Positions 1-7,693 of a stretch of DNA of 21,098 bases are shown piece after piece. The stretch's first letter is position 1. Every line of letters starts with the position of its first letter. Under the pieces are notes generated by a model. That model saw only the letters and a program-made list of their open reading frames with translations, did no database searches and was not told the DNA's origin. Position numbers and translations under genes: made by a program. The DNA comes from an uncultured bacterium (GTDB taxonomy: Bacteria; JAJVIF01; JAPKYR01): assembly GCA_965369865.1 (NCBI GenBank), contig CBDURU010000060.1, positions 1 through 21,098 on the forward strand, written 5' to 3'.

Positions 1-2
1 CG

Positions 3-1469
3 GACACGGAAACGGACGGGAATCTTGGAATAGTAGACGCCTGGCAGGTCCGTGACGTAATGGCTGAGATAGGCTGGGCGAGAACATGGGGAGGGATTGC
101 CGACGATCGGAGCCACGATGTCACCGTGGATTCCTCCGGGAACGTCTACGTAGTAGGCACTTTCCAGGGTGCAGTGGACTTCGACCCCGGCCCCGGGGTA
201 GACAACCACAGCTCTAACGGTAAAGCTGATGTATTTCTCAGCAAGTTCGATACGTATGGTGTCTTGCAATGGACGCGTACCTGGGGAGGGTCAGGGACCG
301 ATTATGCCCATGGAGTTGCTGTTGACGGCTCCGGGAACATAGTTGTCGCAGGCGGGTACCATCACACGGTGGATTTCGATCCCAGCCCCGGGATTGATAG
401 TCGCGACTCTAGCGGAGAGGATGATGTCTTTGTGAGTAAGTTCGATACTTCCGGAACATACAAGTGGATCCAGACGTGGGGAGGCGTTGACGGCGAATGG
501 GCGGAGGATATCGCCATTGACAGCTCTGGCAGCATCTATACAACGGGCACATTCTACGGACCCGTGGACTTCGATCCCGGTCCCGGGATCGAGGAGCGTA
601 CTCCTGATGACATTAATGATGCCTTCGTGAGTAAGCTGGACGATTCCGGGACCTTCCAGTGGGTGGTTTCCTGGAACCATGGGAGCGATTACGATGGTGA
701 CATGGTCGGTTACGGGATTGCGGTTGACGCGTCTGATGATATCTACGTAGTAGGCCATTTCATGGCTACCGTGGACTTCGACACCGGTCCCGAGGAAGAG
801 TTGCACCACTGCATTGCCGGATGGAATTCGTTTCTATGCAAGTATGATCCTGGTGGCACTTACCAGTGGGCCAACACCTGGGGTGGTTTCGGCTTAGACT
901 GTGCATATGGAGTTGCCGTGGACAACCTAGGGAGCATTTATATAACTGGAAAGTTCTGGGGTCTCGCGGACTTCGATCCCACGGATTGTGGGATCGACGA
1001 GCGGGATTCCGGGGGCGATATCGACATGTTTCTAAGCAGATTCGATTCTTCTGGCATTTACTTCTGGGTCGCTACCTGGGAAGGGGCAGGGGTCATCTGG
1101 GAAACGGGAAAGAAACTGACAGGAGTATCTGTCGATGGCGAAGGGGATGTCCTTGTTACGGGCAAGTTCCTGGGATCGGTGGATTTCGACCCAGGCCCTG
1201 GCACGGATTACTACCAATCGAACGGCGATTTCGATGTCTTTCTGAGCAATTTTGATTCCTCCGGTTCATTCCAGTGGGCGAGAACCTGGGGCGGGATATA
1301 CGAGGAGGAGTGCCACAGCGTTGCTTATGACAGCTCAGCTAACATCTATGTGAGCGGTTCATTCCAGGACACGGTGGACTTCGACCCCGGCCCTTGCACA
1401 ACCGAGCTTATTTCGAACGGGCAAACTGATCTCTTCCTCAGCAAATTCCTGCCCGATGGGAATTGGTAA
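3..1469 (+). CDS. SBBP-type beta-propeller repeat protein, 5'-partial (C-terminal part of a larger, probably secreted protein)
   Basis: About seven ~60-aa repeats of the form W..TWGG...D....VAVD.SG.IYV.G.F...VDFDPG......S.G..D.FLSKFD..G. The frame is open from position 3 (DTETDGNLGIVDAWQVRDV) into ATG60 with no stop, so the gene probably starts upstream of the window. Confidence 0.8.
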   Translation, partial: DTETDGNLGIVDAWQVRDVMAEIGWARTWGGIADDRSHDVTVDSSGNVYVVGTFQGAVDFDPGPGVDNHSSNGKADVFLSKFDTYGVLQWTRTWGGSGTDYAHGVAVDGSGNIVVAGGYHHTVDFDPSPGIDSRDSSGEDDVFVSKFDTSGTYKWIQTWGGVDGEWAEDIAIDSSGSIYTTGTFYGPVDFDPGPGIEERTPDDINDAFVSKLDDSGTFQWVVSWNHGSDYDGDMVGYGIAVDASDDIYVVGHFMATVDFDTGPEEELHHCIAGWNSFLCKYDPGGTYQWANTWGGFGLDCAYGVAVDNLGSIYITGKFWGLADFDPTDCGIDERDSGGDIDMFLSRFDSSGIYFWVATWEGAGVIWETGKKLTGVSVDGEGDVLVTGKFLGSVDFDPGPGTDYYQSNGDFDVFLSNFDSSGSFQWARTWGGIYEEECHSVAYDSSANIYVSGSFQDTVDFDPGPCTTELISNGQTDLFLSKFLPDGNW

Positions 1470-1533
1470 TAAAGGCTAATGGAGAAATCCGTCTCATCTT
1501 GACTAATATTTATCACGAATATCGATGTATCGC

Positions 1534-2493
1534 TTAATGTACAAGAGCCATCGCTAGATGATACAAGTTCGGATCGATGATCTTCGGCTCAGAAATGACC
1601 TCTTCCAGTGGAGTTGGTACCAGTTCACCTTTGGACAGGCCTATCATTACCCCTGACATACCGCTCGCGATCTCGTCCACCGCCCTTGCGCCCATGCGGC
1701 TCGCAAGAACGATATCACTTGCGGTCGGACTCCCGCCACGCTGAACGTATCCGAGAACCACAGTGTTCGCAGTGAAACCCATAGCTTCTTTCATTTTATC
1801 CGCAAGTTCTGAGGCGCTCATCACACCTTCGGCGAGGACCACCAGCGAATGCTTCTTGCCACGCGCAATTCCACTTTCCAGCCTGTGAATAAGATCATCG
1901 AGGTCAAACGGCATTTCAGGGACAATAATCGCTTCGGCGCCACCCGCAAGCCCGGACTTGAGCGCTATCCATCCCGATGTACGCCCCATAACTTCGATAA
2001 TTATCGTTCTCTGATGGCTGGATGCCGTGTCGCGGAGTTTCTTGATGTTATCGAGCACAGTATCGACCGCGGTATCGAAGCCGATAGTTAAATCCGTTCC
2101 GTTTATGTCGTTATCGATAGTACCGGGGAGGCCCAGTACGGCTATCCCAAGTTTTTGCAGTTCCAGCGCACCGCGAAAACTCCCATCGCCGCCGATCACA
2201 ATCAGGCCGTCCATTTCAAGAAGTTTGAAATTACGGGCTGCCTGTTTCTGTATCTCCGGTTTTACGAATTCCGGGTATCGGGCGGTACCGATGATTGTCC
2301 CGCCGCGCGTGAGGATATCGCCGACCGACCGGTTATACATCTCGGTGGATTCATTCTCCACTATCCCTTTGAAGCCGTTGTAAAATGCGAACACCCTGTG
2401 CCCGCGATGTATGCCCATTCGCACCACAGCGCGAAGCGCCGCATTCATTCCCGGAGCATCCCCACCGGATGTCAAAACGCCAATCTTTTTCAT
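1534..2493 (-). CDS. pfkA: ATP-dependent 6-phosphofructokinase
   Basis: LTSGGDAPGMN, GGDGS, PGTIDND, EVMGR and LGYVQRGG motifs; 319 aa. GGDG plus PGTIDND is the ATP-type signature (PPi-type typically has GGDD and PKTIDND). GGGGA SD upstream on the minus strand. Confidence 0.96.
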   Translation of the reverse strand: MKKIGVLTSGGDAPGMNAALRAVVRMGIHRGHRVFAFYNGFKGIVENESTEMYNRSVGDILTRGGTIIGTARYPEFVKPEIQKQAARNFKLLEMDGLIVIGGDGSFRGALELQKLGIAVLGLPGTIDNDINGTDLTIGFDTAVDTVLDNIKKLRDTASSHQRTIIIEVMGRTSGWIALKSGLAGGAEAIIVPEMPFDLDDLIHRLESGIARGKKHSLVVLAEGVMSASELADKMKEAMGFTANTVVLGYVQRGGSPTASDIVLASRMGARAVDEIASGMSGVMIGLSKGELVPTPLEEVISEPKIIDPNLYHLAMALVH

Positions 2494-2621
2494 ATCATCC
2501 CCAGTAGCGCAATCACATTAATAAAATCCGTTTGTGGACATCATCTTGAATTGGAATCTTACACTGATTCAATAAGATTTAAACATATCCGGGGTAATAG
2601 TTCCATGTTACGATCCACGCA

Positions 2622-2630
2622 TGGTATGCT
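2622..2630 (+). promoter_or_regulatory. Possible extended -10 promoter for pyrH
   Basis: TG-G-TATGCT about 30 nt upstream of the pyrH ATG; weak -35 (TTCCAT at 2601-2606, 18-nt spacer). Confidence 0.35.
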
Positions 2631-2660
2631 CTCTTTAATATTTCAGGGTAATAGATACAT

Positions 2661-3392
2661 ATGAATGAATTTAAGTTCGCCATGAACCGAATACTTCTTA
2701 AGATCTCCGGTGAAGCCCTTGCGGGGGAAGACCGTTTTGGTATTAACCCCGATGTCCTCGACGGGGTGGCGCGTGAAATCGTCTCTGTTCTGAATGAGGG
2801 AAAGCAAATTGCAGTTGTAATGGGCGCCGGAAATTTTTTCCGTGGGGAAATGGGTGTAAAAGGAGGTATGGATCGAGTCTCGTCCGATCAGATGGGCATG
2901 ATCGCGACCCTGATGAACGCCATCGCGCTGAAGGACGCCATATCGAGGGCAGGGGGAGGAGCCGAGGTTCTTTCAGCGATTGAAATCGGCCCGGTCGCGA
3001 AAAATTACAGTCCGCGGCTTGGCAGGGATACCCTTGCCACTGGGAAAGTCGTGCTATGTGCGGCGGGAACCGGAAACCCGTTTTTCACAACCGACACAGC
3101 CGGGGTTCTGCGCGCGCTGGAACTCGAATGCGACGTGATGTTCAAGGCCACAAAAGTCGATGGTGTCTATGATAAAGACCCGGTTACAAATCCCGACGCG
3201 AGGAGGTTCGATGTGATCACATATGATGACATTGTAAAGCGTGACCTTGGCGTAATGGACCTGACCGCGATAACACTTGCGAAAAAGGGTAACCTTCCGA
3301 TTATAGTCTTTGACATGGGTACTCGCGGCACGATGTATCGTGTCGCCAATGGCGAAATCGAACTGGGGACCTTGATAAAATCAAGCCGGTAA
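2661..3392 (+). CDS. pyrH: Uridylate (UMP) kinase
   Basis: RILLKISGEAL, GAGNFFRG, DQMGMIAT, GTGNPFFTTD and KATKVDGVY..DP motifs; canonical position upstream of frr. Alternative start ATG2682. Confidence 0.96.
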   Translation: MNEFKFAMNRILLKISGEALAGEDRFGINPDVLDGVAREIVSVLNEGKQIAVVMGAGNFFRGEMGVKGGMDRVSSDQMGMIATLMNAIALKDAISRAGGGAEVLSAIEIGPVAKNYSPRLGRDTLATGKVVLCAAGTGNPFFTTDTAGVLRALELECDVMFKATKVDGVYDKDPVTNPDARRFDVITYDDIVKRDLGVMDLTAITLAKKGNLPIIVFDMGTRGTMYRVANGEIELGTLIKSSR

Positions 3393-3404
3393 CAAATTAC
3401 ATCC

Positions 3405-3433
3405 TTGATAGAGAGTGGCTGATAAAGTACAAT
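3405..3433 (+). promoter_or_regulatory. sigma70-type promoter for frr(-uppS)
   Basis: TTGATA (3405-3410)-N17-TACAAT (3428-3433) in the pyrH-frr intergenic region. Confidence 0.6.
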
Positions 3434-3504
3434 CACACCGGGCAGTTCATTCGCTTCTCGCAGGTGATTCTTGACTCCTGTGAAAGAATAAATGAGGTCT
3501 CACC

Positions 3505-4062
3505 ATGGATGAATTGATTTTCCTTGAAATTGAGGATCGAATGCAGAAAGCCATTAAGTCAGCGGCGCATGACCTGGCGATGGTCCGTACGGGTCGCGCG
3601 AATTCTGCACTTCTCGACCGGGTGGTTGTAGAAGCATACGAGACCCAGATGCCTTTGAACCAGGTTGCGACAGTTGCAGTCGGGGATGCAACCACAATCA
3701 TGGTTAAACCTTTCGATAAGAACAACCTTAACGCCATAGAGAAAGCCATCCTGAAATCCGATATCGGGCTTGTACCGCAGTCTGACGGACAGATAATCCG
3801 GCTTAACATCCCGCCGCTTACACAGGAACGCAGGCAGGAAATGGTTAAGATGATTAAACAGATGGTGGAGGATTCCAAGGTCCAGATCAGGAATATTCGC
3901 CGGGAATACATCGATATGGTCCGCAAAATGGAGAAAGCTGGAGAGGTCAGCGAGGACAATGCCCGGGACGCTCAGGATAAAATTCAGGAATTTACTGACA
4001 ATGGCACTGATGAACTTGACAAATTGTTCAAACAAAAAGAATCTGAAATAATCTCGATTTAA
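3505..4062 (+). CDS. frr: Ribosome recycling factor
   Basis: 185 aa; VRTGRAN, IEKAI..SDIGL.P..DG..IRL.IPPLTQERR and IRNIRR motifs; GAGG SD. Confidence 0.97.
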   Translation: MDELIFLEIEDRMQKAIKSAAHDLAMVRTGRANSALLDRVVVEAYETQMPLNQVATVAVGDATTIMVKPFDKNNLNAIEKAILKSDIGLVPQSDGQIIRLNIPPLTQERRQEMVKMIKQMVEDSKVQIRNIRREYIDMVRKMEKAGEVSEDNARDAQDKIQEFTDNGTDELDKLFKQKESEIISI

Positions 4063-4116
4063 TGCTTGTAATAAGCCATAATGAACTGTAATCGTTTATA
4101 ATCATGGTTGATTTAT

Positions 4117-4926
4117 ATGACCGCTAGATCGCTTTCAAAAATTAAAACCGGTGATTCAACTCTTGAAGTTACCGGTCCACTCAAAATGTTGAGTGAACTT
4201 AACTTGGCTATGCTGCCGAGGCATATTGCTTTTATTATGGACGGTAACCGCAGGTGGGCCAAGGAGCGACGTCTTAACAAGCTGGAAGGTCACCGTGCCG
4301 GGGTTAAAACGGTAAGGGAAACCGTTGAAATGACCCTGGATATCAATAGTCTCGCCGGTACAAACGCCATCGAAATTCTGACTTTCTATGCTTTCAGCAA
4401 GGAGAACTGGAAACGCCCGCTGCTCGAAGTTTCAGGCCTCATGCAGATTTTCGAAAAAGCCGCGATCAAGGAAATTGAGCGGCTCCAGAAGCGAAATATC
4501 CAGATCAACATTATTGGCAACCTGAACGACCTTCCAAAAAGCCTTTATAACCGCGTGAAGGATATAGTAAATCTCACCAAGGACAACGATGGTCTCAGGA
4601 TGAATTTTGCTCTGTCCTACTCGGGCCGTAACGAAATTGTTAAGGGAGTCAAAAAGCTTTTCGAGGAATATAAGCAGGGAAAAATCGAAATAGATTCCCT
4701 CGATGAACGTACATTTGCCACTTACCTTGACACCGGCACCCTTCCCGATCCGGACCTCATGATAAGAACATCCGGTGAAATGCGGTTCTCGAATTTCCTC
4801 CTGTGGCAGATCGCCTATACCGAATTATGGGTAACACCGGTTTTTTGGCCGGAATTCAGGAGGAGCCACTACCTCCAGGCCCTCAAAGATTACCAGAAAC
4901 GCGACAGGCGTTTCGGCGGACGTTAA
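4117..4926 (+). CDS. uppS: Undecaprenyl diphosphate synthase (cis-prenyltransferase)
   Basis: PRHIAFIMDGNRRWA, YAFSKENWKR, SYSGRNEI, DPDLMIRTSGEMRFSNFLLWQ and C-terminal RRFGG; follows frr. Start uncertain (TTG4108, ATG4117 or ATG4186). Confidence 0.95.
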   Translation: MTARSLSKIKTGDSTLEVTGPLKMLSELNLAMLPRHIAFIMDGNRRWAKERRLNKLEGHRAGVKTVRETVEMTLDINSLAGTNAIEILTFYAFSKENWKRPLLEVSGLMQIFEKAAIKEIERLQKRNIQINIIGNLNDLPKSLYNRVKDIVNLTKDNDGLRMNFALSYSGRNEIVKGVKKLFEEYKQGKIEIDSLDERTFATYLDTGTLPDPDLMIRTSGEMRFSNFLLWQIAYTELWVTPVFWPEFRRSHYLQALKDYQKRDRRFGGR

Positions 4927-5032
4927 TATCTCATCCCGCTCGCTACAATAAAAAATAAATTTGCCTGTCTTTAAATTCCCCCGACTTAAGTCCTGATTAA
5001 GCCTCATTATAACCGGTAAATGTGCTCCTGAC

Positions 5033-5070
5033 GATAATATTGGTGTGAGCTTACTCACGGTAATATTATC
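5033..5070. repeat. 38-nt imperfect inverted repeat (hairpin or operator)
   Basis: GATAATATT-GGT-GTGAG-CTTA-CTCAC-GGT-AATATTATC: 9-bp and 5-bp perfect arms separated by a symmetric 3-nt internal mismatch. Confidence 0.75.
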
Positions 5071-5142
5071 CTTGCCGGGGAATTTCTTACATGGTTGCGG
5101 ATATTTATTATCTAATGGAATCAAAAGTATTAGCGTTTAATT

Positions 5143-5170
5143 TTGCAGCTTTAGTGTTATAGGGTATAAT
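5143..5170 (+). promoter_or_regulatory. sigma70-type promoter for the ECF sigma gene
   Basis: TTGCAG (5143-5148)-N16-TATAAT (5165-5170), 66 nt upstream of ATG5237. Confidence 0.55.
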
Positions 5171-5236
5171 AATATTTAGAGACAGGGCTGCAAATGAGGG
5201 ATACATTGGGCAAAAGCCCAAAATGAGGATTTTAAT

Positions 5237-5836
5237 ATGACTACAGCCCCTCTCAACCTGGATTCTCTTTCAGAAGAGGAACTCATTGAGTTATGCAACA
5301 AAGGCAATGATGATGCCTGGGGACTTCTTTATCGCCGGTTTTATATGTATATTTTTCATCTCGTCAAGGGTAAAAACTACCGTTTCAGCCTTGAGGATAC
5401 CGAAGATATAACCCACGAAGTTTTTATCGACCTTGTTAAGGGCCTCCCGAATTTCAAAAAACAATCCCTCCTCAAAACCTATATCTACACCCTGACAATC
5501 AACCGTGTAAGACAGCACCACAGACGATTTCTTACGATCAAGCGTGGAGGGAATGTAGAAAAAATGAGCCTTGAGGAGATCGCAGCCGATGTCGAGGATC
5601 CAAAAGCGTCAAATCCCGAGGATTATGCTATTGACCGTCACGAATCCGAGCTGGTCTCTCTGGGTTTGAGTACTCTACCGGAACAGCTTCGCGATGTTAT
5701 TGAACTCAGGTACACTAAGGGTTTTAAGTACAAGGAGATTGCGAACGAGCTCGGTATCCCAGAGGGCAGTGTCGGGGCTTTAATCCAGAAAGCCCTTGGA
5801 GAACTAAAGGCTAAAATGGTCACGGGCACGGTGTAA
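5237..5836 (+). CDS. ECF (group 4) RNA polymerase sigma-70 factor
   Basis: 199 aa with only sigma2 (AWGLLYRRF...DTEDITHEVF...TYIYTLTINR) and sigma4 (LSTLPEQLRDVIELRY..G..YKEIA..LGIPEGSV) regions; GAGGA SD. Confidence 0.92.
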   Translation: MTTAPLNLDSLSEEELIELCNKGNDDAWGLLYRRFYMYIFHLVKGKNYRFSLEDTEDITHEVFIDLVKGLPNFKKQSLLKTYIYTLTINRVRQHHRRFLTIKRGGNVEKMSLEEIAADVEDPKASNPEDYAIDRHESELVSLGLSTLPEQLRDVIELRYTKGFKYKEIANELGIPEGSVGALIQKALGELKAKMVTGTV

Positions 5837-6207
5837 GCGCAAATTCAGTCCTTTTCGGAAAATGAACCCGGTCCACCCCGGTTTTATCTTATTTATCAGA
5901 ATAAAATTCAATTAAATCCTGAAATTTTCCGGGTTCCCGGGGAATATTGAAATTACAATATTAAATATGCTATAGTCTCTTTCAGGGATGAATTTCCGGG
6001 TGGGCTGGATATTTCAAATTCCCAGAGATTTATGCGGTCTATAACGGGTGATTTTAAGTAACTTGCATGGTTATTGGGCGATACTATTTTAAATGAGCAT
6101 TTTGTTTTGAGTATTTTGGGAAAGAGCGCTAGGGTCATTTATAAGATGCTTGGTTACCAGTACTCAACACTTCAAGCGTTATTTATTCGCAGTTTTATCG
6201 CTGAAGG

Positions 6208-7578
6208 GTGACACGTAAAATGAATAATTCAGAGGGATTGTGCAAGCCAATTAAGGAGCAGGGGCTTTTAATTCATCTCCTGGATGGTGAACTTTCACCT
6301 GCTGAGGAACACAAGATTCTAACTCACCTTAGAACTTGTCCGGATTGCCTTGGGCTTACCGCCGATCTCCTTTACACGGACGATCGCCTCAAGGACCTTT
6401 TTCATCGCCATGATCAATTGAAAGAAAAGCAGAAGAGGAGAGCTACCGGTCGTTTCATGCTCGAAGTCGATAAGCTTCCTGAAGGAAGAAGTATAGGACG
6501 GGACCTTCTCGATGAGGAAGGCAAACTCCTTGTGGCGGCAGGCACTGAATTGACTCCGGAACTCATCGAATCGCTTAAGCGCCGTGGTGTTGAAAAACTT
6601 GTTGTAGAATCGGTTGACATTGAGGAAGAAGCTGAAGTCGAAGTTGTGGATAAACCCACTATCAGTATCCAGCAGATTGAGGGTTTCCTTGCTGAATATG
6701 GGATTGAACCCGCAGTCTCATCTTTCGTAAAGCGGCAATGTGCTGAAGCGCTTAATACTTGCTTTAAAAGCCTTGAAGAGAACGGTGACATTGATGTCGG
6801 GCTTGTCAACGAAATTGCACAGGATGTTACCGAGGAAATCCTTGGAAGTTCCCAGGTTGCACTTACCTTAGCCGATATTATTCTTATCGACCCGGGTCTT
6901 CATGGGCATTCTATTAACGTTCTCATCCTTTTCCTCATGATATCCCGGGCCATAGGTCAGCCGGTAAAGCTCATACGAGATCACTCAACCGGAGCACTAC
7001 TCCATGATATCGGAAGAATCTGCCTTCAGCGCGAGGGTAAGGACAGGACTGAAGAGACCATTGACCGTGAGCATTCTGAGGCAGGATACAATTACCTTTG
7101 GAACATGGGCAATATCACCGAGAGTGCTTTAAAGATGGTTATGAATCATCACGAACGCTATGATGGGCACGGTTATCCGAGAGGTATCAAGGGCACCATG
7201 CTTACTGACTGGGACCAGATTCTTATCCTGGCAAATAAATACGATAACCTCACCTGGAACAGGAAAACCGGACTCCGCTCAGGTTTTCATGAGGCTTTGA
7301 GCTCAATTATCAAGGATGGTTCCAAGTATGTCAGGAAAGGGATTATCCGCACGGCTATTCAGACTTTCGGACATTACCCGCCGGGAAGCTGGGTTAAGTT
7401 AAACAATGGGGAAATCGGGCTTGTCGCAAGCGCGCATCCCGGCAGTCCATTGAAGCCTACTATCTCCATCATTTACGACATTGACGGCAAAAAACAATCC
7501 AGGCCAAGATTCGTTGACCTGGCTCACACGCAGAATGTATATATTCTGGGCCCGGCATCGGTCCATATGAGAGCCTGA
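6208..7578 (+). CDS. ZAS/zf-HC2 anti-sigma zinc finger fused to an HD-GYP domain (possibly degenerate)
   Basis: N-terminal C-x27-H-x3-C-x2-C with LLDGELS..EE..I..HL..C..C; then an HD-GYP-associated N-domain (KLPEGRSIGRDLLDEEGKLLVAAGTELT); HS.NV, LLHDIG, EHSEAG, HHERYDGHGYPRG; C-terminal YPPGSWVKLNNGEIGLV. No obvious TM helix. Start GTG6208 or ATG6220. Confidence 0.88.
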   Translation: MTRKMNNSEGLCKPIKEQGLLIHLLDGELSPAEEHKILTHLRTCPDCLGLTADLLYTDDRLKDLFHRHDQLKEKQKRRATGRFMLEVDKLPEGRSIGRDLLDEEGKLLVAAGTELTPELIESLKRRGVEKLVVESVDIEEEAEVEVVDKPTISIQQIEGFLAEYGIEPAVSSFVKRQCAEALNTCFKSLEENGDIDVGLVNEIAQDVTEEILGSSQVALTLADIILIDPGLHGHSINVLILFLMISRAIGQPVKLIRDHSTGALLHDIGRICLQREGKDRTEETIDREHSEAGYNYLWNMGNITESALKMVMNHHERYDGHGYPRGIKGTMLTDWDQILILANKYDNLTWNRKTGLRSGFHEALSSIIKDGSKYVRKGIIRTAIQTFGHYPPGSWVKLNNGEIGLVASAHPGSPLKPTISIIYDIDGKKQSRPRFVDLAHTQNVYILGPASVHMRA

Positions 7579-7605
7579 CTACATGAACACATGAAAGATT
7601 GAATC

Positions 7606-7632
7606 TGACCCGTCCGGGGTCATATTTTTTTT
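7606..7632 (+). terminator. Rho-independent terminator after the ZAS-HD-GYP gene
   Basis: TGACCC-GTCCG-GGGTCA stem-loop followed by TATTTTTTTT, 27 nt after the stop codon. Confidence 0.75.
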
Positions 7633-7693
7633 ACCCCTTGTGTTAAAATGAACCCCCTGGACCTTCTTGTTGATCCAAATGCTGGGGATTTCT

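Noticed and set aside
1..1469. SBBP gene as a horizontally acquired GC-rich island
   Set aside because: Spot counts of single 60-nt lines gave about 57% GC here versus about 60% in pfkA, and no mobility genes or boundary repeats are visible.
1849..2664. Plus-strand ORFs overlapping pfkA, and similar overlapping ORFs across frr, murG, rarA and the FG-GAP gene
   Set aside because: Antisense or alternate-frame shadows of well-supported genes, without recognisable motifs.
4825..5124. Minus-strand 99-aa ORF over the uppS end, and the 61-aa minus ORF at 5953-6138
   Set aside because: No recognisable domain or convincing SD; AT-rich intergenic-like composition, and the first overlaps uppS by about 100 nt.
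5184..5222. Possible c-di-GMP-I (GEMM) riboswitch in the ECF leader (GGGCAAAAGCCC)
   Set aside because: Only a 6-bp hairpin TTGGGC-AAAA-GCCCAA (5206-5221) is present; the GNRA-loop stem, tetraloop receptor and overall two-stem layout are absent and the leader is too short.
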